A program made the position numbers and the translations under genes. The notes beneath the pieces are model-generated. The model saw only the letters and a program-made list of their open reading frames with translations. It did not search any database and was not told the origin of the DNA. Shown piece after piece: positions 1-9,585 of a DNA stretch of 64,000 bases. Positions within the stretch are counted from its first letter, which is position 1, and every line of letters starts with the position of its first letter. This DNA comes from Actinomycetota bacterium (GTDB lineage: Bacteria; Actinomycetota; Actinomycetes; Streptosporangiales; Streptosporangiaceae): the NCBI GenBank assembly GCA_003168255.1, contig PMSU01000071.1, positions 4,601-68,600 of the forward strand, in the 5' to 3' direction.

Positions 1-179
1 AGCGGGCGGCCCAGCATTTCACAGGCCGCCGGGTTGGCATAGACAAAGCGCCGGTCGGCGTCGACGATGGCGATCCCGTCCTGCGCACCCGCCAGCACGC
101 CGGCTAGCGCGGGCAGGCCCAGCGCGGCGGCGTCCGCCAGTGCAGAACATCCACTGGAATCGCTCCGGGCCGCCGACAC
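1..179 (-). CDS. PAS-domain protein, 5' part (runs off the left edge)
   Basis: GTG at 179 preceded by GGAGG; translation ...AQDGIAIVDADRRFVYANPAACEMLGRP is a typical PAS N-terminal motif; absent from the ORF track because it is open-ended. Confidence 0.75.
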   Translation of the reverse strand, partial: MSAARSDSSGCSALADAAALGLPALAGVLAGAQDGIAIVDADRRFVYANPAACEMLGRP

Positions 180-257
180 TGCAGAGAACCTCCGTCCACT
201 TGTCCACGCTACCCGTCGTTCTCGCGGCAAGAAGAGGGCGCAGTTCTACGACGCAGA

Positions 258-310
258 GGACCGACGGCCCCTCCGGGAACGAAAGCCTTCCCAAGGGGCG
301 CCGGTCGTTT
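258..310. terminator. Imperfect GC-rich hairpin downstream of the SDR gene
   Basis: GACCG..GCCCCT..GGGAA / TTCCC..AGGGGC..CGGTC inverted repeat just past the stop of the minus-strand operon. Confidence 0.45.
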
Positions 311-345
311 AGGTCTTCGCGATCACGACGTGGGTCCGCGCCGTG

Positions 346-1110
346 TTACAGCGGGGTGACGTAGGCGGCCGAGATGCCGCCGTCCACCAGGAAGCAGGAC
401 GCGGTGATGAACGAGGAGTCGTCGCTGGCCAGGAACGCGACCGCGCCGGCGATCTCCGTCGCCTCGGCGAATCGTCCCATCGGCACGTGCACCAGGCGCC
501 TGGCGGCCCGCTCCGGGTCCTTGGCGAACAGCTCGCGCAGCAGCGGCGTGTTCACCGGCCCGGGGCACAGCGCGTTCACCCGGATGCCCTCGCGGGCGAA
601 CTGCACGCCGAGCTCACGGCTCAGCGCGAGCACGCCGCCCTTGGACGCGGTGTAGGAGATCTGCGAGGTGGCCGAGCCCATCACGGCGACGAAGGAAGCC
701 GTGTTGATCACCGATCCCCTGCCCCGGCGTTGCATGTAGCCGATCGCATGCTTGCAGCACAGGTACACCGAGGTGAGGTTGACCTGCTGAACCCGGTGCC
801 AGGTGTCGAGGTCGGTGGTCAGGATCGAGTCGTCGTCGGGCGGCGAGATGCCGGCGTTGTTGAAGGCGATGTCCACGCTGCCGTACGTCTCGTGCGCGGT
901 CGCGTAGATCCGCCGGACATCCTCCTCGACCGACACGTCGGCCCGGATGAACAGGCCGCCGGTCTCGTCGGCCGCTGTCTTGCCCGCCGCCTCGTCCACG
1001 TCCACGGCGACGATCCTGGCGCCCTCGGCGGCCAGCCGCCGAACGCTCGCCAGGCCGATCCCGCTGCCCGCTCCGGTGACGACTGCCACCCGATCCGCAA
1101 GACCCTGCAT
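346..1110 (-). CDS. Short-chain dehydrogenase/reductase (Rv2857c/SCO1611-like)
   Basis: TGAGSGIG, NNAG and YTASKGG motifs; start MQGLADRV at 1110. Confidence 0.92.
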   Translation of the reverse strand: MQGLADRVAVVTGAGSGIGLASVRRLAAEGARIVAVDVDEAAGKTAADETGGLFIRADVSVEEDVRRIYATAHETYGSVDIAFNNAGISPPDDDSILTTDLDTWHRVQQVNLTSVYLCCKHAIGYMQRRGRGSVINTASFVAVMGSATSQISYTASKGGVLALSRELGVQFAREGIRVNALCPGPVNTPLLRELFAKDPERAARRLVHVPMGRFAEATEIAGAVAFLASDDSSFITASCFLVDGGISAAYVTPL

Positions 1111-1117
1111 CTGCCGC

Positions 1118-2482
1118 TCAATCCTCCGTTGCGATGAAGACGTTCTTGGTCTCGGTGAAGGCATCAAGGGCGTCCGGCCCGAGCTCGCGGCCGAGCCCGG
1201 ACTGCTTGAACCCGCCGAACGGCGTCCAGTAACGCACCGAGGAGTGCGAGTTCACCGACAGGTTGCCCGCCTCCACCGCCCGCGCGACGCGCAGCGCGCG
1301 GCCCACGTCCTGAGTCCAGATCGACCCCGACAGGCCGTAGCGGGTGTCGTTCGCGATCGCTATCGCCTCAGCCTCGTCCTCGAACGGCATCACCACGGCG
1401 ACCGGGCCGAATACCTCGTCGGTGAACGCCGGGTCATCCCGGCCTACCGGGGCCAGGACCGTGGGCGGGAACCAGAAACCGGGACCGGAGGGGGCGGAGC
1501 CGCGCACCGCCACCGGCGCGCCGTCCGGCACGTACGAGGCGACCCGGGCCCGGTGGTCCGCCGAGATCAGCGGGCCCATCACGGTGCCGGGGAGGGCCGG
1601 ATCACCCACGACGATGCCGGTCACGGCCGGCTCGAGCAGCTCCATGAACTCCTCGAAGACGCTGCGCTGGACGAGGATCCGGGACCGGGCGCAGCAGTCC
1701 TGCCCGGCGTTGTCGAAGACGGCCTGCGGTGCCGTCGCCGCGGCCCGGTCCAGCCGTGCGTCGGCGAACACGATGTTGGCGCTCTTGCCGCCCAGCTCCA
1801 GGGTGAGCCGCTTCACGCTGGCCGCGCAGCCGGCCATGACCTCACGGCCGGTGTCGGTGGACCCGGTGAACACGATCTTGCGCACCGCCGGATGCTCGAC
1901 CAGTCGCCTGCCGACCACGCTGCCGCGACCGGCCAGCACCTGGAATACGCCCGCGGGAAGGCCGGCCTCCAGTGCCAGCTCGGCGACCCGGAGCGCGGTC
2001 AGCGGGGTCAGCTCGGCCGGCTTGGCGATCACCGGGTTGCCCGCGGCCAGCGCCGGGGCCAGGCCCCAGGCGAGGATCGGCATCGGGAAGTTCCACGGCA
2101 CGATCAGGCCGACCACCCCGACCGGCTCAAGGAATGTGACGTCGAGGCCGCCGGCCACCGGGATCTGCCGGCCGCAGAGTCGCTCGGGCGCGGCCGAGTA
2201 GTAGCGCAGCACCTCGGCGACGTGCGTTGCCTCCCAGCGGGCCTGGCCGACGGGATGCCCGGAGTTCGCGATCTCCAGCCCGGCCAGTTCCTCCACGTGG
2301 TCGGCCACGACGGCCGCGAACCCGCGCAACAGCCTGGCCCGGTCGCCCGGGCTGACCGCTCGCCAGGCCGGCTGCGCCGCGACGGCGCGGGCGATCGCCG
2401 CGTCGGCAGCTGCTGCCGTCGCGACCGGGATCGTGGTTACTGCCTGCTCGGTGGCGGGATTCAGCACCGTGAACTCGGGCAT
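1118..2482 (-). CDS. Aldehyde dehydrogenase (AldC/PuuC-like)
   Basis: PWNFP, FTGST, LELGGKSA, NAGQDCCA, EVFGP and PFGGFKQSG motifs; start MPEFTVLNP. Confidence 0.93.
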   Translation of the reverse strand: MPEFTVLNPATEQAVTTIPVATAAAADAAIARAVAAQPAWRAVSPGDRARLLRGFAAVVADHVEELAGLEIANSGHPVGQARWEATHVAEVLRYYSAAPERLCGRQIPVAGGLDVTFLEPVGVVGLIVPWNFPMPILAWGLAPALAAGNPVIAKPAELTPLTALRVAELALEAGLPAGVFQVLAGRGSVVGRRLVEHPAVRKIVFTGSTDTGREVMAGCAASVKRLTLELGGKSANIVFADARLDRAAATAPQAVFDNAGQDCCARSRILVQRSVFEEFMELLEPAVTGIVVGDPALPGTVMGPLISADHRARVASYVPDGAPVAVRGSAPSGPGFWFPPTVLAPVGRDDPAFTDEVFGPVAVVMPFEDEAEAIAIANDTRYGLSGSIWTQDVGRALRVARAVEAGNLSVNSHSSVRYWTPFGGFKQSGLGRELGPDALDAFTETKNVFIATED

Positions 2483-2505
2483 CCGCGTCTGCTCCGTCGC
2501 CGCCG

Positions 2506-3897
2506 CTACAGCCGCTCGAAGCCGCGGCGCAGCTCCCAGTCGGTCACCGCCGAGTTGAAGGCATCGAGTTCCGTCCTCGCGTAGTTGGCATAGTGCTCGA
2601 CCACCTCGCCGCCGAACGCCTCGCGGGCAAGCGCGCTCTCCGCCCAGAGCTCGAGGGCGTCGCGCAGGGTGGGCGGCAGGCGCGGGCCGGTGTCGGCGTA
2701 GGCGTTGCCCTCGAAAGCGGGCTCGAGCGGCAGCTGATTGTCGATTCCGTGCAGGCCCGCGGCGATCATCGCCGCGACGGCGAGGTGGGGGTTCACATCG
2801 CCGCCCGGTGACCTGTTCTCCACCCGCAGCCCCGGGCCGTGCCCGACCAGCCGCAGCGCACAGCTCCGGTTGTCCACGCCCCAGCGCACCGCGGTGGGCG
2901 CGAAACTGCCGGCCTGGTAGCGCTTGTAGGAGTTCACGTTCGGCGCGTAGCAGAGGGTCAGCTCGCGGAGCGAGGCAAGCAGGCCGGCCAGGAAATGCTC
3001 GCCGGTCTGCGACAGCCCGTGCTCGCGGTCGCCGGCCAGCAGCAGGCTGCCGTCTTCGCCCCGCAGCGACAGGTGGATGTGGCAGGAGTTTCCCTCCCGC
3101 TCGTTCGGCTTGGCCATGAACGTGATGCTCATGTCGTCCTGCGCCGCGATTTCCTTCGCGCCGGTCTTGTAGATCGAGTGGTTGTCGCAGGTGGTGACGG
3201 CTTCGGCGTAGCGGAAGGCGATCTCGTGCTGGCCGAGGTTGCACTCGCCCTTGGCCGACTCGACGTACAGGCCGGCGCCGCCCATGCCGTTGCGGATCCT
3301 GCGCAGCAGCGGCTCGATCCGCGCGGTGCCGAGGATCGAGTAGTCGGCGTTGTACTGGTTCGCCGGGGTAAGACCGCGGTACCCGTTCGCGTGCGCGTCC
3401 TCGTAGGAGTCGCGGAACACCAGGAACTCCAGCTCGGTGCCGGCCAGCGCCTGCCAGCCGCGGGCGGCCAGGCGCTGCACCTGCGCCCGCAGTATCTGCC
3501 GAGGCGATGCCAGCACCGGGGCGCCATCGTCCCAGGCGAGGTCGGTGATCACCAGCGCCGTGGCCGGCTGCCAGGGGATCCTGCGCAGCGTGCTCAGGTC
3601 GGGCACCAGGGCGAAGTCGCCGTAGCCGCGATCCCATGACGACATCGCGTAGCCGTCGACGGTGTTCATGTCCACGTCCACCGCGAGCAGGTAGTTGCAG
3701 CCCTCCGCATGACTTTCGGCCACCTCGGCGAGGAAGAACTCGGCGGACAGCCGCTTGCCTGCCAGCCGTCCCTGCATGTCGGTGAATGCGATCACGACGG
3801 TGTCGATTGTCTGCTCGGCGACCTCGACGCGCAGCTGCTCCAGGGTGAGCATGCCGCGGCGTCTGCCGCCGGTGCCCTCGTGGCCGTGCCCAGTCAT
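2506..3897 (-). CDS. Glutamine synthetase-like gamma-glutamylamine ligase (GlnA4/PuuA type)
   Basis: DMQGRLAGKR, GTELEF, EC..GQHEI, FMAKP, GNSCHIHLSL and RVENR motifs; AGGAGGAGG RBS upstream of the ATG at 3897. Confidence 0.9.
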   Translation of the reverse strand: MTGHGHEGTGGRRRGMLTLEQLRVEVAEQTIDTVVIAFTDMQGRLAGKRLSAEFFLAEVAESHAEGCNYLLAVDVDMNTVDGYAMSSWDRGYGDFALVPDLSTLRRIPWQPATALVITDLAWDDGAPVLASPRQILRAQVQRLAARGWQALAGTELEFLVFRDSYEDAHANGYRGLTPANQYNADYSILGTARIEPLLRRIRNGMGGAGLYVESAKGECNLGQHEIAFRYAEAVTTCDNHSIYKTGAKEIAAQDDMSITFMAKPNEREGNSCHIHLSLRGEDGSLLLAGDREHGLSQTGEHFLAGLLASLRELTLCYAPNVNSYKRYQAGSFAPTAVRWGVDNRSCALRLVGHGPGLRVENRSPGGDVNPHLAVAAMIAAGLHGIDNQLPLEPAFEGNAYADTGPRLPPTLRDALELWAESALAREAFGGEVVEHYANYARTELDAFNSAVTDWELRRGFERL

Positions 3898-3910
3898 CTG
3901 CCTCCTCCTG

Positions 3911-5458
3911 TCAGCCCGCCAGTTCGCGTTCGATAGCGGCAAGCTCCTCGGCGCTGCCCTGGACCCTTGGCCCGGTGAACCACTTGCGCGCGGACACCAG
4001 CCACCAGATTCCAGCGAACCCGAGCACGGCAACGACCGCAACCACTGTGTAGTTGAAGTTCGACACGGTGATCGGGCTCAGCGTGGGCAGCATGAACAGG
4101 ATCGTGATGATGACTACCCAGGTCACGGCGATGATGCCGATCGGCCTGCTCCACCTGCCCAGATGCCACGGCCCGCGGACGAAGCTGCGGCCCTGGCGCA
4201 GCCGCAGGAATGTCGGCAGCACATATGCGATGTACAGGCCGATCACGGCGATCGAGGTAACCGCCGCGTACGCGGCGGAGTTCCACAGGTAGGGCAGGCC
4301 GAGGATGAAGGCGAACACCGCAGCCAGCCAGATCGCGTTGGTCGGGGTCCTCGTCCGCTTGTTCACCCGGTGCCAGAAGCCGGACGCCGGCAGCGCGCCG
4401 TCGCGGGAGAAGGCGTAGATCATGCGGGAGTTCGCGGTCACCGAGGACATGCCGCAGAAGAGCTGCGCGCCGATCGCCACCAGCAACAGCAGCTTGCCGA
4501 GGGTCAGGCCGGCCGCGTCGATGAAGATCTGCGCCGGCGGCACGTCGGTGGCCGTGGCCTGCTCGGCGGCGTAATGCTGAATCGCGAAGGTGATCCCGAT
4601 GAGCAGCAGCCAGCCGGCGAACAGGGACACCAGGATCGACATCACGATGCCCCGCGGGCCGCTGCGCGCCGCGTCGTTGGTCTCCTCCGTCATGTGCGCG
4701 GAGGCGTCGTACCCGGTGAAGGTGTACTGGGCGAGCAGCAGCCCGATCAGCGCGACGTACAGCGTGCTGTGCCAGCCCGTGGTGTTTATGATCTTGGTGA
4801 ACACGAAGCTCGCCGACTGGTGGTGGGCCGGCTTGAACGTCAGCACGCCGACGATCACCAGCACGCCCAGGATGTGCCACCACACGCTGATGTCGTTCAG
4901 CAGCGCCACGATCCGCACACCGAACTGGTTGAGAATGCCGTGCAGCAGCAGCACGCAGCCGAACAGCAGGATCGTATGGCCCCGCGTCGCGGCGAAGTTC
5001 CACTGGAGGTCGAGCAGCGCGTTCAGGAAGAAGGCGGCGCCGAAGTCGATGCCGGCCGTCACCGCGACCTGGCCGAGGAAGTTGAACCAGCCGGTGAACC
5101 AGGACCAGGCCGCCCCGTTGGTCCGGGCCAGCTTGGCCGACCAGTAGTACAGCCCGCCGGCGGTTGGGAAGCTCGAGCACACCTCGGCCATGGCCAGCCC
5201 GACGAACAGGGTCATGATCCCGACGAATGGCCAGCCCCAGACGATCACGGCGGGCCCGCCGGTGCCCATCCCGTACCCGTACAGGGTCAGGCAGCCGGAC
5301 AGGATCGAGATGATCGTGAACGACACGGCGAAGTTGGAGAAGCCGGACATCCGCCTGCGCAGCTCCTGCGCATAGCCGAGCTCATGCAGGCGCTTCTCGT
5401 CCGCGGTAAGCGTCCCGGCAGCTCCGGCTGCCCCGGCGGCTTGCTCGTTGACCGGCAC
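3911..5458 (-). CDS. Amino acid/amine permease (APC superfamily)
   Basis: LGYAQELRR, FSNFAVSF and GYDASAHMTEET motifs; about 12 hydrophobic segments. Confidence 0.92.
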   Translation of the reverse strand: MPVNEQAAGAAGAAGTLTADEKRLHELGYAQELRRRMSGFSNFAVSFTIISILSGCLTLYGYGMGTGGPAVIVWGWPFVGIMTLFVGLAMAEVCSSFPTAGGLYYWSAKLARTNGAAWSWFTGWFNFLGQVAVTAGIDFGAAFFLNALLDLQWNFAATRGHTILLFGCVLLLHGILNQFGVRIVALLNDISVWWHILGVLVIVGVLTFKPAHHQSASFVFTKIINTTGWHSTLYVALIGLLLAQYTFTGYDASAHMTEETNDAARSGPRGIVMSILVSLFAGWLLLIGITFAIQHYAAEQATATDVPPAQIFIDAAGLTLGKLLLLVAIGAQLFCGMSSVTANSRMIYAFSRDGALPASGFWHRVNKRTRTPTNAIWLAAVFAFILGLPYLWNSAAYAAVTSIAVIGLYIAYVLPTFLRLRQGRSFVRGPWHLGRWSRPIGIIAVTWVVIITILFMLPTLSPITVSNFNYTVVAVVAVLGFAGIWWLVSARKWFTGPRVQGSAEELAAIERELAG

Positions 5459-5547
5459 GGCGAGCTCCTTACGTCAGCGGGGTTCTGCTGGCTGGCGCTG
5501 AGCGTGTCGGCTCTGACGGGCCTCGTGCGCCCCACGGCCCCGGACTT

Positions 5548-5569
5548 AATGGTCTGATATGAGACCATT
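5548..5569. promoter_or_regulatory. Probable FadR/GntR operator
   Basis: AATGGTCT-N6-AGACCATT perfect inverted repeat between the divergent permease and GntR genes. Confidence 0.7.
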
Positions 5570-5717
5570 TGCGGCCAAGATGCCGACGATGTCAAGACCC
5601 AGACCAGATCCGCGTCAGCGGGCAGCCGCCCGGTCAGGCCAGGTCTAGACGGGCAGCCGCCGCGGGCACACGTAGGCTCGGCGCGACAGGGCCGTCGCGC
5701 GTCGGAGGGCGATCGCA

Positions 5718-6461
5718 GTGACCGAGGGATTCAGGCTGGCCAGCCTGCTGCGGCCGGTGCGGTCGGGAAACGCCTTTGAGGAGACGGTGGAGCGGCTTCT
5801 GACCGCTATCCGGCTTGGCGTGGTCAGCCCCGGTGAAAGATTTCCTGCCGAACGGGAGTTCGCAACGCAGCTCGGCATTAGCCGGATCACGCTGCGCGAG
5901 GCCATTCGCGAGCTCCAGCTGGCCGGCTATGTGGAGTCACGGCGCGGGCGGCTCGGCGGCACGTTCGTCACCACCGCGCCGCCGGCGCCTAGCCGCGGCG
6001 AGGCGCGCCGCATCGCGCGAGAGCAGTCCGGCAGCCTGGAGGACGCGCTGACGTTCCGGATGGCTGTCGAGTCGGGAGCCGCCGAGGCGCTTGCGCACCT
6101 GGTCGGCGGGCAACTGCCCGCGCTGGCGGCGGAACAGGTACACGACGTCCTGTCCGCGCGCCTGGCAGACGTCAACAATGCGGCGCCGCGAGACTACCGG
6201 CGGCTGGACACCGTTTTTCATCTGACGATCGCGGAGCTGACCGGATCGAGCCTGCTTGCCGCCGCCGCCGCGGACGCGCGCATCCGGCTGAACGACTTTC
6301 TCAACGCGATCCCGATCCTCCAGCACAACATCGACCACACCGCCGCCCAGCATGCGGCGATCGCGGAGGCGATCCTGGCCGGCGCGCCGGAGCGGGCCAG
6401 GCGGGCGGTGGCCGAGCACCTGGAGGGGACCGCCGCGCTGCTCCGCGGCTTCCTGGCCTGA
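5718..6461 (+). CDS. GntR/FadR-family regulator (FCD domain)
   Basis: PGERFPAERE..LGISRITLREA winged HTH; D..FH and H..I..AI FCD motifs. Confidence 0.92.
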   Translation: MTEGFRLASLLRPVRSGNAFEETVERLLTAIRLGVVSPGERFPAEREFATQLGISRITLREAIRELQLAGYVESRRGRLGGTFVTTAPPAPSRGEARRIAREQSGSLEDALTFRMAVESGAAEALAHLVGGQLPALAAEQVHDVLSARLADVNNAAPRDYRRLDTVFHLTIAELTGSSLLAAAAADARIRLNDFLNAIPILQHNIDHTAAQHAAIAEAILAGAPERARRAVAEHLEGTAALLRGFLA

Positions 6462-6509
6462 CGCCGCGACGACCACCCGTCCGGGCCGCGGCTCAGACGG
6501 GGACCACGG

Positions 6510-7245
6510 TCAGCCGGTCACCATCCGCACCCGGGCGCTGCCGCTGTCGGCGAACAGCAGGTTGCCCGTTCCGTCCACGGCCACGCCTCCTGGGCCCGAT
6601 AGGTCGGCTTTGGTGGCCGCCGCCGTCGCCGGAGAGCCCGCCCGTGCTGTCACCGGCCACGGTGAAGATGTCCCCCGCAGCCATCGCTCGCCCGTAGAAC
6701 ACCCCTGTGCTGGCAGCCACCACCTGCAGCCGCGACCCGGGCCTGGTCGCGCCGTGCTTATAGCCCGAGTCGGCGATCACCAGGTTGCCGTCACCGTCCA
6801 CGGCCACATCCCGGGGGGCGGACAGCGGGACCTGCGTCGCGACCACGCCGGACCCGCTCATGCCGCGCTTTCCATCGCCCGCGACGGAGTAGATGTGCCC
6901 GGCCGTCATCGACTGCCCGTAGAACGAGCCCGTGCCGGCCGCCACCACAGCGATCCGCAGGTGGACGTCATCAGCTATCACAAGGTTGCCGGACCCGTCC
7001 ACGGCGACCCCGCACGTATTGAAGTCGGCCTTGGTGGCTGGGCCGCCATTCTCCGCGGGCCCGTCAACGCCAGTACCGGCGGGCGTTGTCAGGTTGTCGC
7101 TCTGGCTTACCCTCCGCACAGCCGCGCCGTCGGCAATGTACAGCCCGCCGAGGCGATAAGACACGGCGGACACCAGCGCCATGACCGCAACGGCGGGCAC
7201 ACCCCGCCTCAGGATGCCCGTCCCGCCGATCCGCACAGAATTCAT
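6510..7245 (-). pseudogene. Degraded secreted NHL-repeat protein
   Basis: Repeated VAVDGxGNLVIAD and AGD..G.SGDGG units; frameshift near 6615, after which GVAVDGTGNLLFADSGSARVRMVTG* continues in another frame; abrupt junctions suggest deletions. Confidence 0.7.
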
Positions 7246-7405
7246 CAGACATTCCTGCGGTCATGCGCTTACTCGACGGCGCCAGCTGGCACCGACCAAC
7301 GTCCGCCCAGGCCGGGAGTCCATAGCTACGACGCCGCAGCTGCACCGCCGGATTACCGGACCTTCGTTTTGTCACCTTGCGGTTAGGTCGAGGGGACAGC
7401 CCGGG

Positions 7406-8218
7406 TCAGCAGGTGAAATGTGATCGATCCGGCGCGTCGGGTGCCGGGTGTACGGCCAGGAGCTGCGGGCGCTTGGCGGTGCGACCGTCGCTGGAGGACT
7501 GGCCGCGCAGACGGCGTACAAGCCAGGGGCGAAGGAAGGTGGCGGCCCAGTGCAGCTCGGTACCCAGCCTTTGCCACCTGGCAGGGATCGCCAGGGGAGG
7601 CAGGGGGAGTTTCCAGGTGTCGTCGCTTCCTGGCAGCGCGATGGCATGGGCGACGGCTTCGGCGATCCGTTCGTGACCGAGTGGGCTAGCATGCAGCCGG
7701 TCCGCGCTCCACAGCCGCGGGTCGGTGCCGACGGCGTACCGGCCGGTTTCGGCGACCGTGACCCCGTGTCGGGCGGCAGCAGCGCGGATGCGGGCGTTGA
7801 GGTCGAACACGCGGGACCTGATCGGGCGGGTGAGGGGCGCGATTTTCCCTATGTCGGGGAAGGTGAGGGTGACCACACGGGCCCCGGTGGCTGTGAGTCC
7901 GGCGAACATCGCCTCCAGGTGGCCGGCCACCTCGACGGCGTCGAACCGGGGCCGGATGATGTCGTTGACCCCGGCGACGACGGTGGCCAGATCGGGGCGC
8001 AGGGCCAGCGCGGGCCCGAGCTGCTCGGCGTGGACCTGGCCGGCCAGACGCCCGCGTACGGCCAGATTGGCGTACTGGAGACGCGGGTTGACGGCCGCGA
8101 GGTGCTCGGCGAGCCGGTCGGCCCAGCCCCGCAGGCCGGTGATGTCGTCGCCGTCGCCGATTCCTTCGGTCTGGCTGTCGCCCAGTGCGACATAGCGCAG
8201 GTATTCACCGCCCGGCAT
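7406..8218 (-). CDS. SGNH/GDSL hydrolase
   Basis: ALGDSQTEG, NLAVRG, GVND and DRLH blocks. Confidence 0.92.
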   Translation of the reverse strand: MPGGEYLRYVALGDSQTEGIGDGDDITGLRGWADRLAEHLAAVNPRLQYANLAVRGRLAGQVHAEQLGPALALRPDLATVVAGVNDIIRPRFDAVEVAGHLEAMFAGLTATGARVVTLTFPDIGKIAPLTRPIRSRVFDLNARIRAAAARHGVTVAETGRYAVGTDPRLWSADRLHASPLGHERIAEAVAHAIALPGSDDTWKLPLPPLAIPARWQRLGTELHWAATFLRPWLVRRLRGQSSSDGRTAKRPQLLAVHPAPDAPDRSHFTC

Positions 8219-8774
8219 GGATCCCCTGCCGTTCCCGCAGGACGGCGGCGATCCGCACGCACCAGTCCCGGTGGTCGCGCTCGAAGGACAGTCCGCGCAG
8301 GCAGGTCAGATACGGCCCGATCCGCTCGCCCCGGCGCAGGAATTCCGCCTCGTCCACCTCGCCGCGCAGCTGCCGCAGCAACCCGCCGAGGAACTCGGTT
8401 TTGGCCTCGGCGACGGCTGCTCGCTCCTGAAGCTGTTCGATCAGCGACCCGCCGTCGATGCTGTCGGCGGCATGGACCTTGACGAGCAGTTCGTCGCGGA
8501 TGAACGAGGGCTTCGATGCGGCGGCGCCGAACCGCTCCAGCTCGGCGAGGCCGGCGTCGGTAACCCGGAACAGGCGCTTGTCGGGCCGGGTCTTCTGGAC
8601 CACCTGCCGACCCGTGACCAGCCCTTCGGACTCCAGCTTGGCCAGCTCGGCGTACAGCTGCTGCGACGCGGCGTGCCAGAAGTTCGCGACACCGACGTCG
8701 AACGCCTTGGCCAGCTGGTATCCGCTGTACTCGCCGTCCAGCAGCGCCGCCAGCACGGCGTGTCGCAGGGCCAT
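8205..8774 (-). CDS. PadR-family regulator
   Basis: MALRHAVLAALL..SGYQLAK..QLYAEL..LE winged HTH; overlaps the SGNH start. Confidence 0.92.
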   Translation of the reverse strand: MALRHAVLAALLDGEYSGYQLAKAFDVGVANFWHAASQQLYAELAKLESEGLVTGRQVVQKTRPDKRLFRVTDAGLAELERFGAAASKPSFIRDELLVKVHAADSIDGGSLIEQLQERAAVAEAKTEFLGGLLRQLRGEVDEAEFLRRGERIGPYLTCLRGLSFERDHRDWCVRIAAVLRERQGIHAGR

Positions 8775-8814
8775 CGGATCAGCCCCTTCCTCCTTCTCGT
8801 CCGCTCTTGCATCC

Positions 8815-8832
8815 TAGTCAAGAAAATGACTA
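8815..8832. promoter_or_regulatory. Probable PadR operator
   Basis: TAGTCA-N6-TGACTA palindrome in an AT-rich patch upstream of padR, overlapped by a second IR ACTAAT-CAC-ATTAGT. Confidence 0.55.
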
Positions 8833-8982
8833 ATCACATTAGTGACTATAGCGGAGGAGGTCTGGCAGGACTGGGTCATCTGGCGGCTCGAGCGTCATGC
8901 CCGGGAATTTAAGCATGATGGGAACCGAACAGGCCGGTTGCTGCGACAGGGAGTGCATGAGAGCAGCTGAACGGCTCCGGGC

Positions 8983-9585
8983 ATGAGGCCGGAAGCTGGG
9001 GAGCGCGATGACGCGGCATTGCTGCGCGCGGTGGGGCGCGGCGATGAGGATGCGCTTGCGGCCTTGTATGACCGGCACGCTGGCTGGCTGACCGTCCGGC
9101 TGACGCGGCGGTGTGCCATGCCGGATGTGGTCGATCACGCCGTCCAGGACACGTTCCTTGCCGTGTGGCGGGAGGCGGGTGCCTACCGTGGCGGTGGGGA
9201 TGTGGCCGCGTTCATCTGGGGCATTGGCGTCCGCCGTCTGATCGACGCGATCCGGCGGGACAGCGGCTCCAGGTGGCGGCTGCCATGGCGGACGGCAGAG
9301 CCGGAGGCGGTCGTCTCAGCCGAGGACCAGGTGCTGGTCGGCATCGAGCACGGCCGCCTGGGTCAGGCGCTAGCCGAACTGTCGCCGGAGCTGCGCGGCG
9401 CCATCGAGGCGACCGTGCTGGACGGCTTGACCTGCGCGGAGGCGGCGGTGCTGCTGGGCGTGGCGGAAGGAACCGTCAAGTCCCGGTGTCACCGCGCCCG
9501 GGTGGCACTGCGCGCCGCGCTCGCCGAACAGCAAGCAGGACCCGACACGAAGGCACACCGCCGGGAAGCGTGGGAAACATCATGA
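8983..9585 (+). CDS. ECF sigma factor
   Basis: LYDRHA, VQDTFLAVW and region 4 EAAVLLGVAEGTVKSR. Confidence 0.92.
   Translation: MRPEAGERDDAALLRAVGRGDEDALAALYDRHAGWLTVRLTRRCAMPDVVDHAVQDTFLAVWREAGAYRGGGDVAAFIWGIGVRRLIDAIRRDSGSRWRLPWRTAEPEAVVSAEDQVLVGIEHGRLGQALAELSPELRGAIEATVLDGLTCAEAAVLLGVAEGTVKSRCHRARVALRAALAEQQAGPDTKAHRREAWETS

Noticed and set aside
2483..3637. 839-aa aldehyde dehydrogenase with a long N-terminal extension
   Set aside because: The extension is an off-frame shadow of the glutamine synthetase-like gene; the real start is 2482.
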